Shown here: positions 19,247 to 29,609 of the stretch, one piece after another
Numbering within the stretch: position 1 is the stretch's first letter
Layout: every line of letters starts with the position of its first letter
From: Escherichia phage vB_EcoM_CQ615
DNA: 39,709 nucleotides
Sequence record: PQ010280.1
Strand: one strand, 5' to 3'
Translations under genes and position numbers: made by a program
The notes under the pieces: model-generated
Seen by the model: the letters and a program-made list of their open reading frames with translations, nothing else
Told to the model about the DNA's origin: nothing
Databases searched by the model: none

Positions 19247-20857
19247 ATGGCTGAGAAGCGTACAGGTCTAGCCGAGGAAGGTGCAAAGTCGGTCTATGAG
19301 CGATTAAAGAACGACCGCGCTCCTTATGAGACTCGTGCTCAAAACTGCGCTCAGTACACCATTCCGTCCCTCTTCCCTAAGGACTCCGACAACGCATCTA
19401 CAGACTACACAACTCCGTGGCAAGCTGTGGGTGCTCGCGGTCTCAATAACTTGGCCTCTAAGCTCATGCTGGCTCTCTTCCCGATGCAAACGTGGATGAA
19501 ACTAACCATCTCTGAGTTCGAGGCCAAACAGTTACTGAACGACCCCGATGGACTCGCTAAGGTTGATGAGGGCCTATCAATGGTAGAGCGTATCATCATG
19601 AACTACATTGAGTCTAACAGCTACCGAGTGACTCTCTTTGAGGCTCTCAAGCAGTTAGTCGTTGCTGGCAACGTCCTGCTGTACCTACCGGAACCAGAAG
19701 GGTCGAACTACAATCCCATGAAGCTGTACCGATTGTCTTCTTATGTGGTCCAACGAGACGCATTCGGCAACGTTCTGCAAATGGTGACTCGTGACCAGAT
19801 AGCTTTTGGTGCTCTCCCTGAGGACATCCGTAAGGCTGTAGAAGGTCAAGGTGGTGAGAAGAAAGCCGATGAGACCGTCGACGTGTACACTCACATCTAT
19901 CTGGATGAGGACTCAGGTGAATACCTCCGGTACGAAGAGGTCGAGGGTATGGAAGTTCAAGGCTCCGATGGGTCTTACCCTAAAGAGGCTTGCCCATACA
20001 TCCCGATTCGAATGGTTAGGCTTGACGGTGAATCCTATGGTCGTTCGTACATTGAGGAATACTTAGGTGACTTACGGTCCCTTGAGAATCTCCAAGAGGC
20101 TATCGTCAAGATGTCCATGATTAGCTCTAAGGTTATCGGCTTAGTGAATCCTGCTGGTATCACCCAGCCACGCCGACTGACCAAAGCTCAGACTGGTGAC
20201 TTCGTTACTGGTCGTCCAGAAGACATCTCGTTCCTCCAACTGGAGAAGCAAGCAGACTTTACTGTAGCTAAAGCCGTAAGTGACGCTATCGAGGCTCGCC
20301 TTTCGTTTGCCTTTATGTTGAACTCTGCTGTTCAGCGCACTGGTGAGCGTGTGACCGCCGAAGAGATTCGGTATGTCGCTTCTGAACTTGAAGATACTTT
20401 AGGCGGTGTCTACTCCATCCTTTCTCAAGAATTACAATTGCCTCTGGTACGAGTGCTCTTGAAGCAACTACAAGCCACGCAACAGATTCCTGAGTTACCT
20501 AAGGAAGCCGTAGAGCCAACCATTAGTACAGGTCTGGAAGCAATTGGTCGAGGACAAGACCTTGATAAGCTGGAACGCTGTGTCACTGCGTGGGCTGCTC
20601 TAGCTCCTATGCGCGATGACCCTGACATCAACCTTGCAATGATTAAGTTGCGCATTGCGAACGCTATCGGTATTGACACTTCTGGTATCCTTCTTACAGA
20701 AGAACAGAAGCAACAGAAGATGGCCCAACAGTCTATGCAAATGGGTATGGATAATGGTGCCGCTGCGCTGGCTCAAGGTATGGCTGCACAGGCTACAGCT
20801 TCACCTGAGGCTATGGCTGCTGCTGCTGATTCCGTAGGTCTACAGCCGGGCATTTAA
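19247..20857 (+). CDS. 8: Portal (head-tail connector) protein (gp8)
   Basis: 536 aa, MAEKRTGLAEEGAKSVYERLKNDRAPYETRAQNCAQYTIPSLFP... Confidence 0.97.
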   Translation: MAEKRTGLAEEGAKSVYERLKNDRAPYETRAQNCAQYTIPSLFPKDSDNASTDYTTPWQAVGARGLNNLASKLMLALFPMQTWMKLTISEFEAKQLLNDPDGLAKVDEGLSMVERIIMNYIESNSYRVTLFEALKQLVVAGNVLLYLPEPEGSNYNPMKLYRLSSYVVQRDAFGNVLQMVTRDQIAFGALPEDIRKAVEGQGGEKKADETVDVYTHIYLDEDSGEYLRYEEVEGMEVQGSDGSYPKEACPYIPIRMVRLDGESYGRSYIEEYLGDLRSLENLQEAIVKMSMISSKVIGLVNPAGITQPRRLTKAQTGDFVTGRPEDISFLQLEKQADFTVAKAVSDAIEARLSFAFMLNSAVQRTGERVTAEEIRYVASELEDTLGGVYSILSQELQLPLVRVLLKQLQATQQIPELPKEAVEPTISTGLEAIGRGQDLDKLERCVTAWAALAPMRDDPDINLAMIKLRIANAIGIDTSGILLTEEQKQQKMAQQSMQMGMDNGAAALAQGMAAQATASPEAMAAAADSVGLQPGI

Positions 20858-20877
20858 TACGACTCACTATAGGGAGA
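20855..20877 (+). promoter_or_regulatory. Phage RNAP promoter phi9 (class III)
   Basis: taatacgactcactatagggaga overlapping the gene 8 stop. Confidence 0.85.
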
Positions 20878-20954
20878 CCTCATTTGAAATGAGCGATGAC
20901 AAGAGGTTGGAGTCCTCGGTCTTCCTGTAGTTCAACTTTAAGGAGACAAGAATA

Positions 20955-21878
20955 ATGGCTGAATCTAATGCAGACGTATATGCATCTTTTGGCGTGAACT
21001 CCGCTGTGATGTCTGGTGGTTCCGTTGAGGAACATGAGCAGAATATGCTGGCTCTTGATGTTGCTGCCCGTGATGGCGATGATGCAATCGAGTTAGCGTC
21101 CGACGAAGTGGAAACAGAACGCGACCTGTATGACAACTCTGACCCATTCGGTCAAGAGGATGACGAAGGCCGCATTCAGGTTCGTATTGGTGATGGCTCT
21201 GAGCCAACCGATGTGGACACTGGGGAAGAAGGCTTTGAGGGCGCCGAAGGTTCCGAAGAGTTTACCCCACTGGGTGAGACTCCAGAAGAACTGGTAGCTG
21301 CCTCTGAGCAACTTGGTGAGCACGAAGAGGGCTTCCAAGAGATGATTAACATTGCTGCCGAGCGTGGCATGAGTGCTGAGACCATTGAGGCAATCCAGCG
21401 TGAGTACGAGGAGAACGAAGAGTTGTCCGCTGAGTCCTACGCTAAGCTGGCTGAAATTGGCTACACGAAGGCTTTCATTGACTCGTACATTCGTGGTCAA
21501 GAAGCTCTGGTGGAGCAGTACGTAAACAGTGTCATTGAGTACGCTGGTGGTCGTGAGCGTTTTGATGCGCTGTACAATCACCTTGAGACTCACAACCCTG
21601 AGGCTGCCCAATCGCTGGACAATGCGCTGACCAACCGTGACTTAGCGACCGTTAAGGCTATCATCAACTTGGCTGGCGAGTCTCGTGCTAAGGCGTTCGG
21701 TCGTAAGCCAACTCGTAGTGTGACCAGTCGGGCTATTCCGGCTAAACCTCAGGCTACCAAGCGTGAAGGCTTTGCGGACCGTAGCGAGATGATTAAAGCT
21801 ATGAGCGACCCTCGGTATCGCACAGATGCCAACTATCGTCGTCAAGTCGAACAGAAAGTAATCGATTCGAACTTCTGA
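20955..21878 (+). CDS. 9: Capsid assembly scaffold protein (gp9)
   Basis: 307 aa, highly acidic, MAESNADVYASFGVNSAVMSGGSVEEHEQNMLALDVAARDGDDAIELASDE... Confidence 0.93.
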   Translation: MAESNADVYASFGVNSAVMSGGSVEEHEQNMLALDVAARDGDDAIELASDEVETERDLYDNSDPFGQEDDEGRIQVRIGDGSEPTDVDTGEEGFEGAEGSEEFTPLGETPEELVAASEQLGEHEEGFQEMINIAAERGMSAETIEAIQREYEENEELSAESYAKLAEIGYTKAFIDSYIRGQEALVEQYVNSVIEYAGGRERFDALYNHLETHNPEAAQSLDNALTNRDLATVKAIINLAGESRAKAFGRKPTRSVTSRAIPAKPQATKREGFADRSEMIKAMSDPRYRTDANYRRQVEQKVIDSNF

Positions 21879-21891
21879 TAGACTCTGAAAT

Positions 21892-21914
21892 TAATACGAC
21901 TCACTATAGGGAGA
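21892..21914 (+). promoter_or_regulatory. Phage RNAP promoter phi10 (class III) with gene 10 leader
   Basis: taatacgactcactatagggaga followed by ccacaacggtttccctctagaaat...aagaaggagacatacatATG. Confidence 0.9.
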
Positions 21915-21976
21915 CCACAACGGTTTCCCTCTAGAAATCATTCTTTGTTTAACTTTCTTAAGAAGGAGACATACAT

Positions 21977-23011
21977 ATGGCTAACATGACTGGTGGACAG
22001 CAACTGGGTACTAACCAAGGTAAAGGCGTAAGCGGTGGTGCCGATAAACTGGCGTTGTTCTTGAAGGTATTTGGTGGTGAAGTTCTTACTGCATTCGCTC
22101 GTACCTCCGTGACCACTTCTCGCCACATGGTCCGTTCCATCTCCAGCGGTAAATCTGCTCAGTTCCCTGTTCTGGGTCGTACTCAGGCAGCGTATCTGGC
22201 TCCGGGTGAGAACCTCGACGATAAACGTAAAGACATCAAACACACCGAGAAGGTAATCACCATTGATGGTCTCCTGACGGCTGACGTTCTGATTTACGAT
22301 ATTGAGGACGCGATGAACCACTATGACGTTCGCTCTGAGTATACCTCTCAGTTGGGTGAATCTCTGGCGATGGCTGCTGACGGTGCAGTTCTGGCTGAGA
22401 TTGCCGGTCTGTGCAACTTGGTTGGCACCTCCGATGAGAACATTGCTGGTCTCGGCGCTGCCACTGTGATTGAGACTACTCAGGCCAAGACTGCAATTAC
22501 CGACCAAGTTGCTCTTGGTAAGGAGATTATTGCTGCCCTGACTAAAGCTCGTGCGGCTCTGACCAAGAACTACGTTCCGGCTGCTGACCGTGTGTTCTAC
22601 TGTGACCCAGATAGCTACTCTGCGATTCTGGCAGCACTGATGCCGAACGCTGCAAACTACGCGGCACTGATTGACCCTGAGAAGGGTTCTATCCGCAACG
22701 TTATGGGCTTTGAGGTTGTAGAAGTTCCTCACCTCACCGCTGGTGGAGCTGGAACCTCTCGCGAAGATACCACTGGTCAGAAGCACGCCTTCCCTGCCAC
22801 CAAGAGTGGTAACGACAAGGTAGCTAAAGACAACGTTATCGGCCTGTTCATGCATCGTTCTGCGGTTGGTACTGTTAAGCTGCGTGACTTGGCTCTGGAA
22901 CGTGCTCGTCGAGCTAACTTCCAAGCTGACCAAATCATCGCGAAGTACGCAATGGGCCACGGCGGTCTGCGTCCAGAAGCTGCTGGTGCTGTGGTTTTCA
23001 AGGGGGAGTAA
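21977..23011 (+). CDS. 10A: Major capsid protein 10A
   Basis: 344 aa, MANMTGGQQLGTNQGKGVSGGADKLALFLKVFGGEVLTAFARTSVTTSRHMVRSISSGKSAQFPVLGRT...; near-identical to T7 gp10A. Confidence 0.98.
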   Translation: MANMTGGQQLGTNQGKGVSGGADKLALFLKVFGGEVLTAFARTSVTTSRHMVRSISSGKSAQFPVLGRTQAAYLAPGENLDDKRKDIKHTEKVITIDGLLTADVLIYDIEDAMNHYDVRSEYTSQLGESLAMAADGAVLAEIAGLCNLVGTSDENIAGLGAATVIETTQAKTAITDQVALGKEIIAALTKARAALTKNYVPAADRVFYCDPDSYSAILAALMPNAANYAALIDPEKGSIRNVMGFEVVEVPHLTAGGAGTSREDTTGQKHAFPATKSGNDKVAKDNVIGLFMHRSAVGTVKLRDLALERARRANFQADQIIAKYAMGHGGLRPEAAGAVVFKGE

Positions 23012-23169
23012 TGCTAGGGGTGGCCTCAACGGTCGCTGCTAGTTCCGAAGAGGTGAGTATTACTTCAACAGAAGAAACCTTAACGCCAGCACAGAAGGCT
23101 GCACGTACACGCGCTGCTAACAAAGCCCGAAGGGAAGCAGAGTTGGCTGCTGCTGCCGCTGCTGAGTAA
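21977..23169 (+). CDS. 10B: Minor capsid protein 10B by -1 ribosomal frameshift near the 10A C-terminus
   Basis: Slippery-like GGTTTTC at 22993-22999; the -1 frame is open from there to TAA 23167-23169 and encodes ...MLGVASTVAASSEEVSITSTEETLTPAQKAARTRAANKARREAELAAAAAAE. Confidence 0.6.
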
Positions 23170-23179
23170 TAACTAGCAT

Positions 23180-23220
23180 AACCCCTTGGGGCCTCTAAAC
23201 GGGTCTTGAGGGGTTTTTTG
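23180..23220 (+). terminator. Tphi-type terminator for phage RNAP
   Basis: aaccccttggggcctctaaacgggtcttgaggggttttttg: GC-rich hairpin plus U-run, immediately after gene 10. Confidence 0.9.
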
Positions 23221-23239
23221 CTTTAATAGGAGGAACTAT

Positions 23240-23830
23240 ATGCGCTCATACGATATGAACGTTGAGACTGCCGCTGAGTTATCCGCTGTGAATGACATTC
23301 TGGCATCTATCGGTGAACCTCCGGTATCAACGCTGGAAGGTGACTCTAACGCAGACGTAGCGAACGCTCGGCGTATTCTCAACAAGATTAACCGTCAGAT
23401 TCAGTCTCGTGGCTGGACGTTCAACATTGAGGAAGGCATAACGCTATTACCTGATGTTTACTCCAACCTGATTGTATACAGTGACGACTATTTATCCCTA
23501 ATGGCTACTTCCGGTCAATCCATCTACGTTAACCGAGGTGGCTATGTGTATGACCGAACGAGTCAATCAGACCGCTTTGACTCTGGCATTACCGTGAACA
23601 TTATTCGTCTCCGAGACTACGATGAGATGCCTGAGTGCTTCCGTTACTGGATTGTCACCAAGGCTTCCCGTCAGTTCAACAACCGATTCTTTGGGGCACC
23701 GGAAGTAGAGGGTGTACTCCAAGAAGAGGAAGATGAGGCTCGACGTCTCTGTATGGAGTACGAAGTGGACTACGGTGGGTACAATATGCTGGACGGTGAT
23801 GCATTCACTTCTGGTCTACTGACTCGCTAA
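23240..23830 (+). CDS. 11: Tail tubular protein A (gp11)
   Basis: 196 aa, [35 protein letters not shown]... Confidence 0.95.
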   Translation: MRSYDMNVETAAELSAVNDILASIGEPPVSTLEGDSNADVANARRILNKINRQIQSRGWTFNIEEGITLLPDVYSNLIVYSDDYLSLMATSGQSIYVNRGGYVYDRTSQSDRFDSGITVNIIRLRDYDEMPECFRYWIVTKASRQFNNRFFGAPEVEGVLQEEEDEARRLCMEYEVDYGGYNMLDGDAFTSGLLTR

Positions 23831-23850
23831 TAATCAATAAGGAGGCTCTA

Positions 23851-26241
23851 ATGGCACTCATTAGCCAATCAATCAAGAACTTGAAGGGTGGTATCAGTCA
23901 ACAGCCTGACATCCTTCGTTATCCCGACCAAGGGTCACGCCAAGTTAACGGTTGGTCTTCGGAGACCGAGGGCCTCCAAAAGCGTCCACCTATGGTTTTC
24001 CTTAAGACACTAGGAGGAAGTGGTGACTTAGGACAAGCACCTCTCATTCACCTGATAAACCGTGACGAGTACGAGCGGTACTACGCAGTGTTTACAGGAA
24101 GTACCATCCGAGTTTTCGATTTAGCTGGTAACGAGAAACAAGTGCGTTTCCCTACAGGGGCAGCATATGTACAGACAGCTAACCCAAGGAATGACCTTCG
24201 GATGGTAACAGTTGCCGACTACACGTTTGTCGTTAACAGGAACGTCACTGTAACCGAGTCCACAGAAATTTCAACTGGTGGTAACTTTCGGGATAAAGGT
24301 GACGCGCTTGTTAACGTGCGAGGTGGTCAGTACGGACGAACGTTGAAGGTTCTTATTAATGGAACAGTATATGCATCGTACACAATCCCCAACGGGTCCG
24401 CTCCAGAACACGTCAATAATACCGATGCGCAATGGCTGGCTAACGAGTTGGCTAATCAGCTCAGGAACAACCTAGGACCCCACGGGTGGACATTCAATGT
24501 TGGTCAAGGGTTCATTCATGTAATAGCTCCTGCAAATGGTGAGGTAGCCTACATATCAACCGAGGATGGATACGCAGACCAGCTAATTAACCCTGTCACT
24601 CACTATGCTCAGTCGTTCTCTAAGTTGCCACCAAATGCTCCAGACGGCTACATGGTTAAGATTGTGGGAGATTCCTCAAAGTCCGCTGACCAGTATTACG
24701 TTCAGTATGATTCCAGTCGTAAGGTATGGAAGGAAGTTGTTGGGTGGAACACCAAGCTGCACTACACTCATGATACGATGCCTCACGCTCTCATTAGGGC
24801 CTCTGACGGTAACTTTGAGTTCAAGACCATCTCGTGGAACCCTAGGGTGTGCGGTGATGCTGATACTAACCCGTATCCTTCATTCGTAGGCTCTACGATT
24901 AATGATGTCTTCTTCTTCCGTAACCGTTTAGGATTCCTTAGCGGAGAGAACATCATATTGAGTCGTACTGCAAAATACTTCAACTTCTTCCCAGCGTCGG
25001 TTGCTAACCTAAGTGATGACGACCCTATAGACGTAGCTGTGAGTACCAACCGAATAGCAATCCTTAAGTACGCCGTTCCGTTCTCAGAAGAGTTACTCAT
25101 CTGGTCCGATGAAGCACAATTCGTCCTGACTGCTTCTGGGACTCTCACGTCGAAGTCGGTTGAGTTGAACCTAACGACTCAGTTTGACGTACAGGACCGA
25201 GCGAGACCTTTTGGGATTGGACGCAATGTCTACTTTGCTAGTCCGAGGTCCAGCTTCACGTCCATCCACAGATACTATGCTGTGCAGGACGTAAGTTCCG
25301 TTAAGAACGCTGAGGACATTACAGCACACGTTCCTAACTACATTCCAAATGGTGTGTTTAGTATTTGTGGTAGTGGTACTGAAAACTTCTGTTCTGTACT
25401 ATCTCACGGGGACCCTAGCAAAATCTTCATGTACAAATTCCTTTACCTTAACGAAGAGCTAAGGCAACAGTCATGGTCTCACTGGGACTTTGGGGCAAAC
25501 GTGCAGGTTTTGGCATGTCAGAGCATCAACTCAGATATGTTCATTATTCTACGTAACGAGTTCAATACGTTCCTTGCGAGAGTTTCCTTTACGAAGAACG
25601 CCATTGACTTACAGGGAGAACCCTATCGGGCCTTTATGGATATGAAGATTCGCTACACGATTCCAAGCGGAACGTACAACGATGACACCTACGAAACTTC
25701 CATTCACATACCAACCATTTATGGTGCGAACTTCGGGAGGGGCAAAATCACTGTATTGGAGCCTGATGGTAAGATAACCGTATTTGAGCAACCAACTGCT
25801 GGGTGGAACAATGACCCATGGTTGAGGCTTAGTGGTAACTTAGAGGGACGAACGGTATACATTGGGTTCAACATTAACTTCGTCTATGAGTTCTCTAAGT
25901 TTCTCATCAAGCAGACTGCCGACGATGGGTCAACCTCAACGGAAGACATTGGTCGCTTGCAGTTACGCCGAGCGTGGGTTAACTATGAGGAGTCTGGTAC
26001 GTTTGACATTTATGTTGAGAACCAATCATCCAACTGGAAGTATACTATGGCTGGTGCTCGCTTAGGCTCTAACACTCTGAGGGCTGGGCGATTGAACTTA
26101 GGGACAGGACAATACCGATTCCCTGTGGTTGGTAACGCCAAGTTCAATACCGTGTCTATCTTGTCTGATGAGACTACCCCGCTGAACATCATTGGTTGTG
26201 GCTGGGAAGGTAACTACTTACGGAGAAGTTCCGGTATTTAA
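23851..26241 (+). CDS. 12: Tail tubular protein B (gp12)
   Basis: 796 aa, MALISQSIKNLKGGISQQPDILRYPDQGSRQVNGWSSETEGLQKRPP... Confidence 0.96.
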   Translation: MALISQSIKNLKGGISQQPDILRYPDQGSRQVNGWSSETEGLQKRPPMVFLKTLGGSGDLGQAPLIHLINRDEYERYYAVFTGSTIRVFDLAGNEKQVRFPTGAAYVQTANPRNDLRMVTVADYTFVVNRNVTVTESTEISTGGNFRDKGDALVNVRGGQYGRTLKVLINGTVYASYTIPNGSAPEHVNNTDAQWLANELANQLRNNLGPHGWTFNVGQGFIHVIAPANGEVAYISTEDGYADQLINPVTHYAQSFSKLPPNAPDGYMVKIVGDSSKSADQYYVQYDSSRKVWKEVVGWNTKLHYTHDTMPHALIRASDGNFEFKTISWNPRVCGDADTNPYPSFVGSTINDVFFFRNRLGFLSGENIILSRTAKYFNFFPASVANLSDDDPIDVAVSTNRIAILKYAVPFSEELLIWSDEAQFVLTASGTLTSKSVELNLTTQFDVQDRARPFGIGRNVYFASPRSSFTSIHRYYAVQDVSSVKNAEDITAHVPNYIPNGVFSICGSGTENFCSVLSHGDPSKIFMYKFLYLNEELRQQSWSHWDFGANVQVLACQSINSDMFIILRNEFNTFLARVSFTKNAIDLQGEPYRAFMDMKIRYTIPSGTYNDDTYETSIHIPTIYGANFGRGKITVLEPDGKITVFEQPTAGWNNDPWLRLSGNLEGRTVYIGFNINFVYEFSKFLIKQTADDGSTSTEDIGRLQLRRAWVNYEESGTFDIYVENQSSNWKYTMAGARLGSNTLRAGRLNLGTGQYRFPVVGNAKFNTVSILSDETTPLNIIGCGWEGNYLRRSSGI

Positions 26242-26271
26242 TTAAACGTTCTCCCTGTGGTGGCTCGAAAT

Positions 26272-26294
26272 TAATACGACTCACTATAGGGAGA
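26272..26294 (+). promoter_or_regulatory. Phage RNAP promoter phi13 (class III)
   Basis: taatacgactcactatagggaga. Confidence 0.85.
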
Positions 26295-26321
26295 ACAATA
26301 CGACTACGGGAGGGTTTTCTT

Positions 26322-26738
26322 ATGATGACAATAAGACCTACTAAAAGTACAGACTTTGAGGTATTCACTCCGGCTCACCATGACATTCTTGAAGCTAAGG
26401 CTGCTGGTATTGAGCCGAGTTTCCCAGATGCTTCCGAGTGTGTCACGTTGAGCCTATATGGGTTCCCTCTAGCCATTGGTGGTAATTGTGGGGACCAGTG
26501 CTGGTTCGTTACGAGTGACCAAGTGTGGCGACTTAGTGGAAAAGCTAAGCGAGAGTTCCGTAAGTTAATCATGGAGTATCGCGATAAGATGCTTGAGAAG
26601 TATGATACTCTTTGGAATTACGTGTGGGTAGGCAATACGTCTCACATTCGTTTCCTCAAGACTATCGGTGCGGTATTCCATGAAGAGTACACACGCGATG
26701 GTCAATTTCAATTATTCACAATAACGAAAGGAGGATGA
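26322..26738 (+). CDS. 13: Internal virion protein A (gp13)
   Basis: 138 aa, MMTIRPTKSTDFEVFTPAHHDILEAKAAGIEPSFPDASE... Confidence 0.9.
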   Translation: MMTIRPTKSTDFEVFTPAHHDILEAKAAGIEPSFPDASECVTLSLYGFPLAIGGNCGDQCWFVTSDQVWRLSGKAKREFRKLIMEYRDKMLEKYDTLWNYVWVGNTSHIRFLKTIGAVFHEEYTRDGQFQLFTITKGG

Positions 26739-26742
26739 TTAT

Positions 26743-27333
26743 ATGTGTTGGCCTGCTGCAATACCAATCGCACTAGCTGGTGCTCAGGCTATCGGTAGCC
26801 AGAACGCTCAAGCTAAAATGATAGCTTCACAGACCGCCGCTGGTCGTCGTCAAGCAATAGAACTTATGAAGCAGACGAACATCCAGAATGCTGACCTATC
26901 GCTGCAAGCTCGAAGTAAACTTGAGGAAGCGTCCGCTGAGTTGACCTCACAGAACATGCAGAAGGTCCAAGCTATGGGGTCTATCCGAGCGGCTATCGGA
27001 GAAAGTATGCTTGAAGGTTCCTCAATGGACCGCATTAAGCGAGTCTCAGAAGGTCAGTTCATTCGGGAAGCCAATATGGTCACGGAGAACTACCGTAGAG
27101 ACTACCAAGCAATCTTCGCACAGCAACTTGGTGGTACTCAAAGTGCTGCAAGTCAGATTGACGAAATCTACAAGGGCGAACAGAAACAGAAGAGTAAGCT
27201 ACAGATGGTTCTTGACCCACTGGCTATCATGGGGTCATCTGCTGCTAGTGCTTATGCGTCTGGGGCGTTCGACTCTAAGCCAACCACTAAGGCACCTATT
27301 GTTGCCGCTAAAGGAACCAAGACGGGGAGGTAA
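26743..27333 (+). CDS. 14: Internal core protein B (gp14)
   Basis: 196 aa, MCWPAAIPIALAGAQAIGSQNAQAKMIASQTAAGRRQAIE... Confidence 0.9.
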   Translation: MCWPAAIPIALAGAQAIGSQNAQAKMIASQTAAGRRQAIELMKQTNIQNADLSLQARSKLEEASAELTSQNMQKVQAMGSIRAAIGESMLEGSSMDRIKRVSEGQFIREANMVTENYRRDYQAIFAQQLGGTQSAASQIDEIYKGEQKQKSKLQMVLDPLAIMGSSAASAYASGAFDSKPTTKAPIVAAKGTKTGR

Positions 27334-27339
27334 TGAATT

Positions 27340-29583
27340 ATGAGTAAAATTGAATCTGCCCTTCAAGCGGCACAACCGGGACTCTCTCGGTTACGTGGTG
27401 GCGCTGGCGGTATGGGCTATCGTGCAGCAACCACTCAGGCCGAACAGCCAAAGTCAAGCCTATTGGACACCATTGGTCGGTTCGCTAAGGCTGGTGCCGA
27501 TATGTATACCGCTAAGGAGCAACGAGCGCGAGACCTAGCTGACGAACGCTCTAACGAGATTATCCGTAAGCTGACACCTGAGCAACGCCGAGAGGCCCTC
27601 AACAACGGGACCCTTCTGTATCAGGATGACCCATACGCTATGGAAGCACTCCGAGTCAAGACTGGGCGTAACGCTGCGTACCTTGTTGACGACGACGTTA
27701 TGCAGAAGGTCAAAGAAGGCGTCTTCCGTACTCGTGAAGAGATGGAACAGTATCGCCATAGTCGTCTTCAAGAGGGCGCTAAGGCTTACGCTGAGCAGTT
27801 CGGGATTGACCCTGAGGACGTTGATTATCAGCGTGGTTTCAACGGGGACATCACTGAGCGTAACATCTCACTGTATGGCGCACACGATAACTTCTTGAGC
27901 CAACAAGCTCAGAAGGGTGCCATCATGAACAGCCGAGTGGAACTCAACGGTGTCCTTCAAGACCCTGATATGCTTCGCCGCCCAGACTCTGCTGACTTCT
28001 TTGAGAAGTACATCGACAATGGTCTGGTTACTGGGGCAATCCCATCTGATGCTCAAGCCACACAGCTTATAAGCCAAGCGTTCAGTGACGCTTCTAGCCG
28101 TGCTGGTGGTGCGGACTTCCTGATGCGAGTCGGGGACAAGAAGGTAACACTTAACGGAGCCACTACGACTTACCGAGAGTTGATGGGTGAGGAACAGTGG
28201 AATGCTCTAATGGTGACAGCACAACGCTCTCAGTTTGAGACTGACGCTAAGCTGAACGAGCAGTATCGCTTGAAGATTAACTCTGCGCTGAACCAAGAGG
28301 ACCCTCGTACTGCGTGGGAGATGCTTCAAGGTATCAAGGCTGAACTAGATAAGGTCCAACCTGATGAGCAGATGACACCACAACGTGAGTGGCTAATCTC
28401 CGCACAGGAACAAGTTCAGAATCAGATGAATGCATGGACGAAAGCTCAGGCCAAGGCTCTGGACGATTCCATGAAGTCAATGAACAAACTTGACGTAATC
28501 GACAAGCAATTCCAGAAGCGAATCAACGGTGAGTGGGTCTCAACGGATTTTAAGGATATGCCAGTCAACGAGAACACTGGTGAGTTCAAGCATAGCGATA
28601 TGGTTAACTACGCCAATAAGAAGCTCGCTGAGATTGACCGTATGGATATTCCAGATGGCGCTAAGGACGCTATGAAGCTGAAGTACCTTCAAGCGGACTC
28701 TAAGGACGGTGCATTCCGTACAGCAATCGGGACTATGGTAACAGATGCTGGTCAAGAGTGGTCTGCCGCTGTGATTAACGGTAAGTTACCGGACAATACC
28801 CCAGCTTTGGATGCTCTACGTAGAATCCGTAATGCCGACCCTCAGTTGATTGCTGCGCTATACCCAGACCAAGCTGAGTTATTCCTGACGATGGACATGA
28901 TGGACAAGCAAGGTCTCGACCCTCAGCTTCTTCTTGATGCCGACCGACTGACTGTTAAGCGGTCCAAAGAGCAACGCTTTGAGGACGATAAAGCATTTGA
29001 GTCTGCACTGAATGCGTCTAAGGCTCCTGAGATTGCCCGTATGCCAGCGTCACTGCGCGAATCTGCACGTAAGATTTATGACTCAGTTAAGTATCGCTCA
29101 GGGAACGAAAGCATGGCTATGGAGCAGATGACCAAGTTCCTTAAGGAATCTACCTACACGTTCACTGGTGACGATGTTGACGGTGATACTATTGGTGTAA
29201 TTCCGAAGAACATGATGCAAGTCAACTCTGACCCGAAATCATGGGAGCAAGGTCGTGATATTCTGGAGGAAGCACGTAAGGGAATCATTGCGAGCAACCC
29301 TTGGATAACCAATAAGCAACTGACCATGTATTCACAAGGTGACTCCATTTACCTTATGGATACCACTGGTCAAGTTCGAGTCCGATACGACAAAGAGTTA
29401 CTCTCGAAGGTCTGGAGTGAGAACCAGAAGAAACTCGAAGAGAAGGCTCGCGAGAAGGCTCTGGCTGATGTTAACAAGCGAGCACCTATAGTTGCCGCTA
29501 AGAAGGCCCGTGAAGCTGCTGCTAAACGAGTCCGAGAGAAACGTAAACAGACTCCTAAGTTCATCTATGGACGTAAGGAGTAA
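27340..29583 (+). CDS. 15: Internal core protein C (gp15)
   Basis: 747 aa, MSKIESALQAAQPGLSRLRGGAGGMGYRAATTQAEQP... Confidence 0.95.
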   Translation: MSKIESALQAAQPGLSRLRGGAGGMGYRAATTQAEQPKSSLLDTIGRFAKAGADMYTAKEQRARDLADERSNEIIRKLTPEQRREALNNGTLLYQDDPYAMEALRVKTGRNAAYLVDDDVMQKVKEGVFRTREEMEQYRHSRLQEGAKAYAEQFGIDPEDVDYQRGFNGDITERNISLYGAHDNFLSQQAQKGAIMNSRVELNGVLQDPDMLRRPDSADFFEKYIDNGLVTGAIPSDAQATQLISQAFSDASSRAGGADFLMRVGDKKVTLNGATTTYRELMGEEQWNALMVTAQRSQFETDAKLNEQYRLKINSALNQEDPRTAWEMLQGIKAELDKVQPDEQMTPQREWLISAQEQVQNQMNAWTKAQAKALDDSMKSMNKLDVIDKQFQKRINGEWVSTDFKDMPVNENTGEFKHSDMVNYANKKLAEIDRMDIPDGAKDAMKLKYLQADSKDGAFRTAIGTMVTDAGQEWSAAVINGKLPDNTPALDALRRIRNADPQLIAALYPDQAELFLTMDMMDKQGLDPQLLLDADRLTVKRSKEQRFEDDKAFESALNASKAPEIARMPASLRESARKIYDSVKYRSGNESMAMEQMTKFLKESTYTFTGDDVDGDTIGVIPKNMMQVNSDPKSWEQGRDILEEARKGIIASNPWITNKQLTMYSQGDSIYLMDTTGQVRVRYDKELLSKVWSENQKKLEEKAREKALADVNKRAPIVAAKKAREAAAKRVREKRKQTPKFIYGRKE

Positions 29584-29609
29584 CTAAAGGCTACATAAGG
29601 AGGCCCTAA

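Noticed and set aside
21892-22030. Sequence resembling a pET-type expression cassette (T7 promoter, gene 10 leader with tctaga, SD, catatg at the ATG, MA.MTGGQQ.G tag) and the T7 terminator at 23180-23220, raising the possibility of cloning-vector contamination
   Set aside because: This is the native phi10 / gene 10 / Tphi context from which such vectors were derived. It is flanked by phage genes 9 and 11, diverges from vector sequence at several bases, and continues into a full 344-aa capsid gene.
21938-23029. 363-aa reverse-strand ORF antisense to the major capsid gene
   Set aside because: It fully overlaps the strongly supported capsid gene on the opposite strand, has no SD or promoter, and T7-like genomes are transcribed entirely left to right. 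Treated as a spurious antisense frame, as are the other minus-strand track ORFs (e.g. 14627..15247, 18743..19225, 31056..31649, 4837..5298).
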